From contig CAYOOA010000004.1 of NCBI GenBank assembly GCA_964405455.1, positions 5,342-69,341 of the forward strand: a stretch of 64,000 nt of DNA, in the 5' to 3' direction. Shown here one piece after another: positions 54,974-64,000 of this stretch (position 1 is its first letter; every line of letters starts with the position of its first letter). Position numbers and translations under genes: made by a program. This stretch comes from an uncultured Anaerolineaceae bacterium (lineage in GTDB: Bacteria > Chloroflexota > Anaerolineae > Anaerolineales > Anaerolineaceae). The notes beneath the pieces were generated by a model. It was not told the DNA's origin, made no database searches, and was given only the letters and a program-made list of their open reading frames with translations.

Positions 54974-56189
54974 GTTTCCTCCGTAAGTCTTCCAGCAGAT
55001 GGACCAGGTCCTCCGCCAGACGGGCACGGTTGAAATGCTCAGACACATAATTACGGCCATTTTTGCCCATTTGACGGGCTTCTGCAGGATGCTCCGCCAG
55101 ATAAAGACCGGCCAGCGAAAGTGCTTCGGCATCTCCCGGTGGGACGAAAATGCCGCCTTTTGCGGCTTCTACAACCTCGCGGATGACCCCATCGATCACC
55201 AGCAAGACGGGGCGGCCGGCAGCCATGTAATCAAACACTTTGTTTGGATAGGTGGTTTTATACATCTCAATCGGTTTGAGGATGGCAATACAGGCATCCG
55301 CGGCGGCCAAAACATCCGACATCTGGTTCTTGGGCACCGGTGCCACCCAGGTAATATTGTTGACCTGGTTTTGGGCGGCGTAGCCCTGCAGGTTGCTTTT
55401 TTCCTTGCCATCCCCGACGAAAACGAATTGGATACTTGGATGATCCTGCAGATTGGCTGCGGCGCGAATAACGACTTCCAGGTCGTTTGAAATTCCGTGC
55501 GCTCCGGCATACAGGATGATGAATTTCCCTTCCAAGCCCCATTGCTTGCGCATAGTCAATGCGTCCGAGTCCGGTGAGAACATATTCGGATCTGCCCCGT
55601 TGGGAATCAGTTGGACATTTCGACCGCCGCGTTGGCGGACGTATTCGAGGTACCCGGGGCTATTGACGATCATTTGATCCGCCCGGTGATAGAGGAACTT
55701 CTCCAACCATTCAGAAAGGGCGATCAAGGTCCGGTTTTTCAACACACCGACGGCAATGGCAAAAGCCGGCCAAAGGTCGCGGATTTCAAAAAGGAAGGGA
55801 GCCCTTTTCAGGCGGGCAAGCAGCCAGGCGGTGACGCCCTGGAAGATGGGTGGGGAGGTACCCCAGACCAGGTCCACATTCTTCACCCCCAGGCCGATAA
55901 AAAACGAGGAGAACATGAACGAAAAGAAACTGAAAACCCGATGGACAAAGGATTTATGGAGGCCACGGTAGGTGTAAGCACGCAGAATGGTGATGCCAGG
56001 CTGAGGGCTTTCCTCTTCCTTCCAATGGCTTTTCACCGAGCGGGATTTTCCGGACAAGTAACTGACCGGGCTGGTGATAATCGTCACTTGGTGGCCGTGC
56101 TCTACCAAACGGCAGGCCAGTTCATAATGGCGCGTTCCGCCCGCTTCATCCAGGGCTGCAAAAGCCTGGTGTATGAGTAAGATATGCAT
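54966..56189 (-). CDS. GT4-family glycosyltransferase
   Basis: GT-B fold with an N-terminal 'GGTRHYELA' and the C-terminal E-x7-E region '[15 protein letters not shown]...EVVEAAKGG'. The stop overlaps the response regulator start (ATGCCTGA). Confidence 0.86.
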   Translation of the reverse strand: MHILLIHQAFAALDEAGGTRHYELACRLVEHGHQVTIITSPVSYLSGKSRSVKSHWKEEESPQPGITILRAYTYRGLHKSFVHRVFSFFSFMFSSFFIGLGVKNVDLVWGTSPPIFQGVTAWLLARLKRAPFLFEIRDLWPAFAIAVGVLKNRTLIALSEWLEKFLYHRADQMIVNSPGYLEYVRQRGGRNVQLIPNGADPNMFSPDSDALTMRKQWGLEGKFIILYAGAHGISNDLEVVIRAAANLQDHPSIQFVFVGDGKEKSNLQGYAAQNQVNNITWVAPVPKNQMSDVLAAADACIAILKPIEMYKTTYPNKVFDYMAAGRPVLLVIDGVIREVVEAAKGGIFVPPGDAEALSLAGLYLAEHPAEARQMGKNGRNYVSEHFNRARLAEDLVHLLEDLRRKHA

Positions 56190-56198
56190 GGAATGATT

Positions 56199-58148
56199 TT
56201 ACCTTATCTGAAGATTGATCATCCAGCGAGAGGTCATTTTCAGGGGTACAGCCCCGACGAAGATCATGCGGAAAGACAATGCCGGGATCTTGAAGTTATA
56301 TGTGGGAGAACTCCAGCCCAGGTAGGGCGGATATTCACCCTCACCGATAAGCAATTTGCCAGCCCGGATCAGTTGAAAAATGGGATCAACTCCAGGAGGA
56401 GGCTGAAGGCAGAGGGATATTTCGCCCCGATCTAGCTGAAGGGTTAGGCGACCATTCTCAAAATGCCAGGCATCATCCGGCAGGAGCCAGTGGAGGATGA
56501 TGGTGTGGCTTGTTTGCTTAGATTTCAAAGGGAGCAATTCATCCACAACAAGCCACTCCAGCGGTTTCAGGGAGGTTAGCGAGCGGCGATGCAGGAGGCC
56601 CAGTTTGCGCCAGGCGTTTGTTTCAGCAAAGATGGATTTTGGATCATTGCCTGGCAGCGTGTAGGCTTGCGCCCAATCCAACCAGAGAAATTTCCCGGCC
56701 CGCCTCATTTGATCCAGTCCATCGATGCTGATGGTGTTGTGACAAAGGGTTCCACTGAGCGGGTTGTTCCAGGGTTGTGGAGCCGTGTAGCGGTAGGTCC
56801 CAGCATCCAAACAGACCGGTTCACCGTCCCACCAAAGATCAACATGGAGTTGGTCGGCGTGATTGGGGCGGGAGGTAAAGCGGGCGATCCGAATGCTGCC
56901 CCAAACCTGCTCATTCTTAATCTTGTGAATTGCAGAGGACGGTGGGGGAGAGATAACTTCTGCATCATCAACCGGGATGTTCAACCAAACAGAAAGCTCA
57001 TCCCAGGGACCTGGCGGAAAAGCCGGGCGGCCCAGGAAAACCCGACTGCAAGCTTGCAGGGTAGGTCGGATATCCTGGAATGAGCAAGCGGAGAGGGGCA
57101 GGAGTTGAGCACCGTCATTGGAGCCCAGATTGGGAACCTGGCCGGATTGCGGGTCGGCAAGAGCATATAACCAAGAGGTAGCTGCTGCAAGACGTTCCAG
57201 GCAGGAGGTCGGAAAGGTGTCTTCAACCAGACGGGATACTGCCAGCATCCACAGGGAAAGGTCCAGCATCAGCCGATGATAATTGGCGCTGTGCTGGGCG
57301 TAGGTGCCATCCGGCTTAATTTGATCCGCCAGGCCCTGGTGGAAAGTTTTCCAGCCAAGTGCGCGCCATTCATTTGAGGCGGGATGATCCGGGAGGAAGG
57401 CGGCTGCAGTATAAAGACCGGCCGCCTCACTCAGGAGGTGATTGTTGCCCTGGGCGCGTGCATAATCCAACGTGGCAGGAATACGGGCGGCATGCACTGC
57501 AATGGACCGATATAGACCCGATAGTCGCACTTCAGTTGATTCGGATGAGTTTTGGAACATCCATCCTGCCCAGCAAAAGGCGATCAGGCGCAGGGCAACT
57601 TCCTGCGCTGATGCCCAGTTGGGTCCCTGGAGCGGCGGGTTGAATTGTGAAAATTGCTCGAAAAAATTCCAGAATACCCCGGGCAGCCGATCATCACCGG
57701 TCAGGAAAAATGCCCGCAGGAGGGAAAAGACAAAACCAAAGCGGGCCGGCTCCCAGGTGAACTTGGCATCTTCCAGGGGAAAGGCAGCCTGCCCCGTTTC
57801 GTATTTCTCCCAGGTGGGCAGGTTGGTGGGGGCGGTGAACGAAATCTCAACCGGCGATCCCCCGAACAGGCGAACCTTCCCGGCGCTGATTTCAGCCGTT
57901 TGGTGCAGGATATTTTCCATATCGGCCTGCAAAAACGGCTGGATGGATGATTTTGCAGGTTGGATGGAAGATGCGTTATGGGGTAGGCCACCGCTCCAAT
58001 TGGCCGCCTGACGGCAGGCAGCCACAACTTTTCGCGCTGTCCATCCGCTGCGCAGCCCCAGTTGGTAACGGGCCAGGTAAAACAGCGGCTTGAACCCCAT
58101 TTGACGGGCAGCGGATAGTCCAACCAGCAGCCGTTGAAAACTGGGCAT
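56199..58148 (-). CDS. heparinase II/III-family protein (polysaccharide lyase-like)
   Basis: 'GNNHLLSEAAGLYTAAAF' and 'HADQLHVDLWWDGEPVCLDAGTYRY' resemble the heparinase II/III N- and C-terminal domains. ATG 58148 starts 2 nt after the upstream stop. Confidence 0.72.
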   Translation of the reverse strand: MPSFQRLLVGLSAARQMGFKPLFYLARYQLGLRSGWTARKVVAACRQAANWSGGLPHNASSIQPAKSSIQPFLQADMENILHQTAEISAGKVRLFGGSPVEISFTAPTNLPTWEKYETGQAAFPLEDAKFTWEPARFGFVFSLLRAFFLTGDDRLPGVFWNFFEQFSQFNPPLQGPNWASAQEVALRLIAFCWAGWMFQNSSESTEVRLSGLYRSIAVHAARIPATLDYARAQGNNHLLSEAAGLYTAAAFLPDHPASNEWRALGWKTFHQGLADQIKPDGTYAQHSANYHRLMLDLSLWMLAVSRLVEDTFPTSCLERLAAATSWLYALADPQSGQVPNLGSNDGAQLLPLSACSFQDIRPTLQACSRVFLGRPAFPPGPWDELSVWLNIPVDDAEVISPPPSSAIHKIKNEQVWGSIRIARFTSRPNHADQLHVDLWWDGEPVCLDAGTYRYTAPQPWNNPLSGTLCHNTISIDGLDQMRRAGKFLWLDWAQAYTLPGNDPKSIFAETNAWRKLGLLHRRSLTSLKPLEWLVVDELLPLKSKQTSHTIILHWLLPDDAWHFENGRLTLQLDRGEISLCLQPPPGVDPIFQLIRAGKLLIGEGEYPPYLGWSSPTYNFKIPALSFRMIFVGAVPLKMTSRWMINLQIR

Positions 58149-58150
58149 TC

Positions 58151-60316
58151 CTATCCAACCCGGGAGGTGGGAACCGGTTCTGTGTGGCCGGATTGCAGGG
58201 AATCCATGGCGGCCAGGGTGGCGCGAGTCACCGCCAGCAAATCTGCATAGGGAATGGGTGCGGCAGTGCCTTGATGAATGGCATCCAGGAATGTTTCCCA
58301 AAGGGCTGCATGGCCCTTATCCTGGCGCAGATTACTGCTAAATTTTTGCCGTCTGCCATCTTTAACCAATTCGAGGGAGCGAAAATCATCCAGGATGCCT
58401 ACCTGGCCGGCAGAAAACACTTCCAACCGCTCCTTGGGTACGGACTTGTCGCCATTGGCCAGGTACGTCAAAGTTCCCACAGAGCCATCCGCAAAAGTGA
58501 TGGTGAGATGAACATTATCCTGCCGATATTGTCCAGAATCTGGCAGGGCAACAGCATGGACTGAAACCGGCAGGCTTCCGGTGAGGTAGGTCATCAAGTC
58601 GATAAAGTGGCAGCCTTCGCCCACAATTCGCCCGCCGCCCACGGCCGGATCTTGAGTCCAGTGCGTCAGGGGAAGCAAACCTGCATTGACCCGGTAATTC
58701 AGGCTGAGGGGTTCGCCGATCTGGCTGAAGAATTTTTTCAATTGTACGGCGTAAGGGGCAAATCGTCGGTTGAAGCCCACTGTGAGCAAGTTGGCTGGAT
58801 GCTGTTCCAGCATCTGTTCAACCTGGTCCACTTCGGTGGTAGTAATGGCGAGGGGTTTTTCACAAAAAACATGCTTTCCGGCCTGGAGGCCAGCCATAAT
58901 CTGGCGGGCATGGGCGGCATGGCGCGTAAGTACCGCCACCAGGTTGATCTGTTTGTCTTCGAGAATGTCCTTTTCCTCGGCCGAGGCAAAACCAAAGCCA
59001 AAGCGCCGGGCGGCGGTGGCTGCCGAAAGCCCACCTCCAGAGGTAATGCCGGCCAGGGTGACCCCGCCAACCTTTTGGACGATGGGTAGAAAGATGGCAT
59101 TGGCATAATTACCAGATCCAAGCACCCCCAGATGGATATCGCCAACCGGTTCTGTTTTGCCTGTCAGCGTAATTCGGCGGCCAGTGTCTGATTTGGCCTT
59201 GTCCGAATAGGTCAAGACCACGCCCAGGAACGATTGGCCGGATTTTCCGGTAATCAGTTCATAGGCGGAGGGTGCCTGGTCTATCGGATAACGGTGAGTG
59301 ATGAGAGGGTGAACATCGAATTGGCCGCGGGCAAGGAGATCAATAAAGGCGGCAATGTTCCGCCCTTCCGTCCAGCGGACATAAGCTGCGGGATAGTCAT
59401 GCCCCTTTTCTTCATACTCGGGGTCATAGCGACCCGGACCGTAAGACCGAGAGACGTAGAATTTCAATTCTTTTTCGTAATAGACCTTGCGCGGGATGTT
59501 TAAGCCGACGGCGCCAACCGCAACAACCACTCCGCGATCCCGGGCCAGAGCACCGGCCAATTCCACCGGGTCATTCGAGCGGGTATCCGCACAAACCAGG
59601 ATAGAATCAAACCCGGTTCCCGCGGTAAAGGCACGTCCGGCCGCCAGGGCATCCGGACGGGAGACGCAGGGGAAGCCGAGTTTGTGCGCCAATTCAATTC
59701 GATCAGGAGCCAGGTCGATCCCGAAGGGCTGACAACCAGCGGCACGGGCTATGCCAGCGGCCATTAATCCCAGTAAGCCCATCCCGATGATGGCAACCCG
59801 CTCACCCAGTTGTGGATGAGCAAGCCGAAAACCGTGCATGGCAATGGCTCCTAGGGTGGCAAAAGCCGCGGACTCGAAATCCACATTATCCGGGATCGGG
59901 ATCAGCAGGTTTTGGGGAACCACTGCGTATTCTGCATGCACGGCAAAACCACCGCCGGCGCAGGCTACTCTATCTCCGGGCTTAAAGCCCTTGAGACCCG
60001 GGCCGACTTCTTCAATTACGCCGGAAGAGGAATATCCAAGGACCATGGGTTGATCCAACCGGTTGAAGGCAGCTTCGATCGTGGTTAACAGGCCTTCGCG
60101 GCGAGCCTTATCCAGCACCTGCCGAACGAGGTCCGGCCGGGAGCGGGCCTTGCCGAGGAGGCTTTTTTCAGCGAACTCCACAAGCATCCGCTCGGTGCCG
60201 GCTGAGACCAACGAAGCACAGGTCCGAACCAGGGCTGTGCCCGGGCGTGGTCGGGGTTGAGGGACTTCAACAACGGATGTTTTGCCGTCGCGCATATTCT
60301 GGAGAACTTGTTTCAT
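58151..60316 (-). CDS. bi-domain oxidoreductase, a zinc-type alcohol dehydrogenase (MDR) fused to a Gfo/Idh/MocA domain
   Basis: N-terminal 'LVRTCASLVSAGTE...GYSSSGVIEEVG...GDRVACAG', central 'VAIIGMGLLGL' and C-terminal 'LGVLGSGNYA...' Rossmann fold with a Gfo/Idh/MocA-type C-terminus. Confidence 0.82.
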   Translation of the reverse strand: MKQVLQNMRDGKTSVVEVPQPRPRPGTALVRTCASLVSAGTERMLVEFAEKSLLGKARSRPDLVRQVLDKARREGLLTTIEAAFNRLDQPMVLGYSSSGVIEEVGPGLKGFKPGDRVACAGGGFAVHAEYAVVPQNLLIPIPDNVDFESAAFATLGAIAMHGFRLAHPQLGERVAIIGMGLLGLMAAGIARAAGCQPFGIDLAPDRIELAHKLGFPCVSRPDALAAGRAFTAGTGFDSILVCADTRSNDPVELAGALARDRGVVVAVGAVGLNIPRKVYYEKELKFYVSRSYGPGRYDPEYEEKGHDYPAAYVRWTEGRNIAAFIDLLARGQFDVHPLITHRYPIDQAPSAYELITGKSGQSFLGVVLTYSDKAKSDTGRRITLTGKTEPVGDIHLGVLGSGNYANAIFLPIVQKVGGVTLAGITSGGGLSAATAARRFGFGFASAEEKDILEDKQINLVAVLTRHAAHARQIMAGLQAGKHVFCEKPLAITTTEVDQVEQMLEQHPANLLTVGFNRRFAPYAVQLKKFFSQIGEPLSLNYRVNAGLLPLTHWTQDPAVGGGRIVGEGCHFIDLMTYLTGSLPVSVHAVALPDSGQYRQDNVHLTITFADGSVGTLTYLANGDKSVPKERLEVFSAGQVGILDDFRSLELVKDGRRQKFSSNLRQDKGHAALWETFLDAIHQGTAAPIPYADLLAVTRATLAAMDSLQSGHTEPVPTSRVG

Positions 60317-60480
60317 AAAACCTTCCTGTATGGATGATTAAGAAGATTATAGCTGAATTGAAAGGTGTTAATAAATTTAATTGTAAACCGGAAGGCTGTG
60401 ATTTCCCTTATAATAGGTGCATTGTTTACTAAAAAGCCATTTATTCATCCTAAATTTACCATCCGGGGTAATCATTCCAT

Positions 60481-61491
60481 ATGATGCCTGAACAAGACAG
60501 AAAACAAGGAAAAGGGCGGAAGTGGCTGCTTGGCTTTGCCATTCTCCTGGCGGCCGTATTACTATATTTCGCCCTGAAGGACATCTCCTGGGGAGAAGTC
60601 TGGCAGACCATCCGCTCGGCTCAGCCTGCATTATTGCTGGTGGGTATCGGGTTGACTATTTTCAACCTGCTGATGCGCGGCTTACGCTGGGGAGTGTTGT
60701 TATCTGCCGAGAAGCGAATTCCACCTGCCACCATGTTTTGGGCAACCGCTGTTGGTTACCTGGGCAACCTGGCGCTGCCAGCCCGGGCTGGAGAAGTGAT
60801 ACGCTCGGCTGCGCTCAGCCGAAAAACCGGGCTGAGCATTGGTTATATTTTTGCCACGGCCTTGACTGAACGGGTGCTGGATGTGTTGATCCTGGTCATT
60901 ATTGCCTTGATTTCCGCTCCGGCGATTGGAACCCTGCCGGGTTGGATGAGCCAGGCGCTACCTTTGATGTCCATCTTAGGAGCGGCCGCGGTTTTGTTCC
61001 TGGTCCTGGCCCCGAAGTTTGAAAACTTGCTAGGGAAAGTGATCCATCGGCTGCCCTTGCCCGAAAAGTGGAAGAGTGGATTGGCAGGTTTCTTGAACCG
61101 TTTTTTAACCGGAGGAAAAGCCTTCCAGCATCCTCTGCGGGCAGGTGGATTCCTTGGCTTTTCGGTTGTCATCTGGCTGGTGGATGGTATCACAGCTGTA
61201 ATAGTAGGGAGAGCGCTGAGCCTTCATTTCACCCTGGCACAGGTGATGCTCTTCCTGGTCGGGCTGGGGTTGTCTTCAGCGGTTCCCTCCACGCCCGGCT
61301 ATGTGGGCGTGTACCAATTTGTGGCTGTAAGCATCCTGCCCCTGTTTGGGGTGACTCGAAGTCAAGCTTTATCGTTTGTGTTGGTCCTTCAGGCCGTCAG
61401 TGTGGTGGTCGTTGTCATCAGCGGAGTGGTGGGATTGTGGCGGCTCGGGATACGTAAATTAAGTGTTCAGCAGGATGGAGGAGACTTATGA
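60481..61491 (+). CDS. UPF0104 / lysyl-phosphatidylglycerol-synthase-TM-region-like (flippase-like) membrane protein
   Basis: Eight hydrophobic helices, 'LMRGLRWGVLL' and 'LPARAGEVIRSAAL', typical of the family. Confidence 0.72.
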   Translation: MMPEQDRKQGKGRKWLLGFAILLAAVLLYFALKDISWGEVWQTIRSAQPALLLVGIGLTIFNLLMRGLRWGVLLSAEKRIPPATMFWATAVGYLGNLALPARAGEVIRSAALSRKTGLSIGYIFATALTERVLDVLILVIIALISAPAIGTLPGWMSQALPLMSILGAAAVLFLVLAPKFENLLGKVIHRLPLPEKWKSGLAGFLNRFLTGGKAFQHPLRAGGFLGFSVVIWLVDGITAVIVGRALSLHFTLAQVMLFLVGLGLSSAVPSTPGYVGVYQFVAVSILPLFGVTRSQALSFVLVLQAVSVVVVVISGVVGLWRLGIRKLSVQQDGGDL

Positions 61492-63578
61492 ATAATTGGC
61501 CAAGTTGGTCCAAAGTATTAATCATTGTGCTCGCAGTAATGGCCTGCCTTGGGGTCTGCTGCTGTGTGGCTGCAGCCGGGGCTTATTTTTATCTGCAGGA
61601 TTCGGGTGGGATCTCCACCATTGCCACCCAGATTGGGGTTGTTCAGACTGTAGAACCAACTCCGGAGATTAACTGGGAGACTGCACCGGCTGAAAGTACA
61701 CCGGAATTAGCCACACCCGGAAGCGAACAGGGCCAAGCCACTCCCGTCCCGGTTGGGGAGGCGAGTGCAGGTGCCTGGGAAACACTCAAGACCCTGGAAC
61801 AGGCACAAATCCCGGTGAATGATCTGCGGGAATTGGCTGTGCGCCTGGGTGGGAAACCTTCGCCCATGCCCGAATCGGTTCCAGCCCCCAGTACTCCGCT
61901 GAAAGTGGGTGACTCGCAAAAATTCTGGGTGAGCAATACAGATACGGATGAAAATTTCCAGGTTACTGCCACACTGCGAAGAATCGGCGAGCATGTTTAT
62001 TTCTGGGTGGAAAATGGGGTACGCTATCGGGATAGTGAAATCAAAGCCCTGGTCGATGCTTTTGACCAGAAAATCTATCCCACTGATCGTAACTTCTTCG
62101 GTAGCGAGAACACGCCCGGGGTCGATAATGACCCGCGTCTTTACATCCTCTACGCTTCCGGCCTGGGATCATCGCTGGCCGGGTATTTTTCATCGGCGGA
62201 TGCCGTGGTTCCCCAGGCACACCCCTATTCCAACGCGCATGAGATGTTCGTATTAAGCGCCGATAATGCTCCCTTATCAGATGAATATACTTTCGGGGTG
62301 CTTGCGCATGAATTTCAACACATGATCCACTGGTACCAGGATCGTAATGAGGAGTCCTGGCTCAATGAGGGTTTCTCGGAACTGGCATCATTCCTCAACC
62401 AGTACGATGTTGGCAGCGCAGCGTACAGCTTCGCGAGTGATCCTGACCTGCAGTTGAATACCTGGCCTGATCCCAGTCAATCGTATGAGCATTATGGGTC
62501 ATCCTATTTGTTTGTTGCCTATGTATTAGACCGCTTCGGAAATGACTTTACGAAAGCCCTGGTCAAGGATCCCCAGAACGGCATGGACAGCCTGGATGAT
62601 ATTTTGAAGGCACAAAATATCATCAATCCAAAAACTGGAAGCCTTATGACTGCAGATGAAGTCTTTGCAGACTGGACGGTCGCGAACCTGCTCAACGACA
62701 AGAACGTGGAACAGGGTCAGTATGCCTACACCGGGGGAGAGGATGTACCTGGCTTTTATCCGGGCCAATCTTATTCTAACTGCCCTGTCACATGGCAGAA
62801 TGCCACTGTTTTGCAATATGGAACTGATTACATCGAATTTGATTGCCCCGGGAATTACGAACTGCAATTCCAGGGTGTGAGTGAAGTAGGTGTCATCCCG
62901 GAGAGTGCCTATTCAGGTGACTATGCCTTCTGGTCGAACCGGGGGGATGAATCAGACATGACCCTGACACATGCCTTTGATTTCACCAATGTGCAAGGTA
63001 GCATCAACCTTAATTACAAGGTTTGGTACGAGCTGGAAGAAGGCTACGATTTCGCCTATCTGACCGCTTCCGCGGATGGAGGCGCCAGCTGGCAGATCCT
63101 GCAGACGCCGGATGGGACTGATTACAATCCTTCCGGTAATAGCTACGGCTGGGGTTATAACGGGTCCAGCAGCGGCTGGAAGGATCAAACGGTTGATCTC
63201 TCCGGGTTTGCCGGGAAGAATGTATTGCTGCGCTTCGAATACATCACGGATGCAGCGGTCAATGAAAATGGTCTGATGCTGGATGATGTATCGATCGATG
63301 CTATTGGATATAAAACTGATTTTGAGCAGGATGATGGCGGGTGGCAGGCAGAAGGCTTTGTCCGCCTGCAAAACCGCTTGCCCCAGACTTTTGCAGTCAC
63401 CGTCATTGAGAAGGGTGCAACCACCAAAGTGACGACCACTCTGCTTGAAGATAAACCCCAGGCCGTGATTCCGATCACAATTGGTGGAGATGTTGATTCC
63501 GTGGTGCTGGTGGTGAGCGGAACAACCCGTTTTACCACCCAACCGGCCATCTACCGTTACCAGTTGGTACAAAAGTAA
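61488..63578 (+). CDS. membrane-anchored extracytoplasmic zinc metallopeptidase, gluzincin (M1-like active site)
   Basis: N-terminal TM anchor and a Thr/Pro-rich linker. 'HEFQHMIHW...SWLNEGFSE' has its HExxH at nt 62307-62321. The C-terminal beta-rich region is 'YLTASADGGASWQIL...LLRFEYITD'. ATGA overlap with the upstream gene. Confidence 0.7.
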   Translation: MNNWPSWSKVLIIVLAVMACLGVCCCVAAAGAYFYLQDSGGISTIATQIGVVQTVEPTPEINWETAPAESTPELATPGSEQGQATPVPVGEASAGAWETLKTLEQAQIPVNDLRELAVRLGGKPSPMPESVPAPSTPLKVGDSQKFWVSNTDTDENFQVTATLRRIGEHVYFWVENGVRYRDSEIKALVDAFDQKIYPTDRNFFGSENTPGVDNDPRLYILYASGLGSSLAGYFSSADAVVPQAHPYSNAHEMFVLSADNAPLSDEYTFGVLAHEFQHMIHWYQDRNEESWLNEGFSELASFLNQYDVGSAAYSFASDPDLQLNTWPDPSQSYEHYGSSYLFVAYVLDRFGNDFTKALVKDPQNGMDSLDDILKAQNIINPKTGSLMTADEVFADWTVANLLNDKNVEQGQYAYTGGEDVPGFYPGQSYSNCPVTWQNATVLQYGTDYIEFDCPGNYELQFQGVSEVGVIPESAYSGDYAFWSNRGDESDMTLTHAFDFTNVQGSINLNYKVWYELEEGYDFAYLTASADGGASWQILQTPDGTDYNPSGNSYGWGYNGSSSGWKDQTVDLSGFAGKNVLLRFEYITDAAVNENGLMLDDVSIDAIGYKTDFEQDDGGWQAEGFVRLQNRLPQTFAVTVIEKGATTKVTTTLLEDKPQAVIPITIGGDVDSVVLVVSGTTRFTTQPAIYRYQLVQK

Positions 63579-63600
63579 TTTAGTTAGTTAAAATCATAAA

Positions 63601-63642
63601 ATCAAAAGCCTGTCGAATTCGGCAGGCTTTTGATTTTATTTT
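63601..63642 (+). terminator. intrinsic terminator after the metallopeptidase gene
   Basis: ATCAAAAGCCTG-tcgaattcgg-CAGGCTTTTGAT followed by TTTATTTT. Confidence 0.8.
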
Positions 63643-63671
63643 AGCAAGATTGTAGAAAACGTGAATGTTTT

Positions 63672-63896
63672 CTATTCACCTGACTGTGGAGGTTGGCGCA
63701 ACTGTATGAGTTGTTCCTCCAATTCTGCTCGCCGGGAGGCGGCAGCAGAAGTAACTTCATCCCGGATACTGGCCAAAGTATCTGTCACCCGACTGCGGAT
63801 TTGTTGACCGGATTCGGGAGCAATGAGCAGGCCAACCAGTGCGCCAAACAATCCGCCGAGCATGGCGCCGATCATAAACTTACCCCAGAAACGCAT
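63672..63896 (-). CDS. YtxH-domain protein
   Basis: N-terminal hydrophobic 'GAMLGGLFGALVGLLIAPESG' followed by a helical region. AGGAGG SD. Confidence 0.72.
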   Translation of the reverse strand: MRFWGKFMIGAMLGGLFGALVGLLIAPESGQQIRSRVTDTLASIRDEVTSAAASRRAELEEQLIQLRQPPQSGE

Positions 63897-64000
63897 GGTT
63901 TCCTCCTTTCCAGAATAGACAGATTAATTATATGCAGAATCGGGTTCGAAATCCATCACTTCGCAGGACTGCCAGTGAGAAGGTTTAATTTCTTGAAAAT

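Noticed and set aside
1-64000. CRISPR arrays, transposases/integrases, prophage or defence-system genes
   Set aside because: I scanned both strands and the ORF translations. I found no regularly spaced repeats, no DDE/tyrosine-recombinase-like ORFs, no terminal inverted repeats flanking genes, and no nuclease/helicase/methylase clusters.

Overview
Gene-dense chromosomal segment (about 90% coding, roughly mid-50s %GC by eye), most consistent with a Chloroflexota (Anaerolineae-like) bacterium. That guess rests on the fused ADP-forming acetyl-CoA synthetase, the Thr/Pro-rich linkers in exported proteins and the overall gene content, and it is inference only. I found no rRNA, CRISPR array, transposase or integrase, and nothing that looks like a defence island. 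Housekeeping content: scpA, moaC, a moaD-moaE fusion, a thrC-like gene, rnc-smc, a PrsA-like PPIase, rpsF-ssb-rpsR, pfkA, prfB (needs a +1 frameshift that the ORF track splits), ftsY, rlmN, clpP, tig, tRNA-Leu(UAG), secDF and udk. Accessory or less-understood modules: (i) an HcnABC/opine-oxidase-like flavoenzyme pair with an Ldh2-family reductase (11.1-15.6 kb). (ii) An overlapping PP2C phosphatase / RCK membrane protein / small P-loop NTPase operon (33-35.1 kb). (iii) A MoxR-DUF58-DUF4129 operon headed by a coiled-coil/PH-like/zinc-ribbon protein (37.8-42.5 kb). (iv) A large phosphate/polyphosphate island (42.7-60.3 kb) holding a membrane protein plus two unfused PPK2 genes, a CHAD gene with two thymidylate-kinase-fold paralogs, phoU-pstBACS, phoBR, and three glycan genes translationally coupled to phoB. 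The best candidate for an undescribed system is the operon of two Tmk-like genes plus CHAD, in which one paralog carries a Walker-A Lys->Arg. All functional calls come from motifs read in the supplied translations, and no database search was possible.
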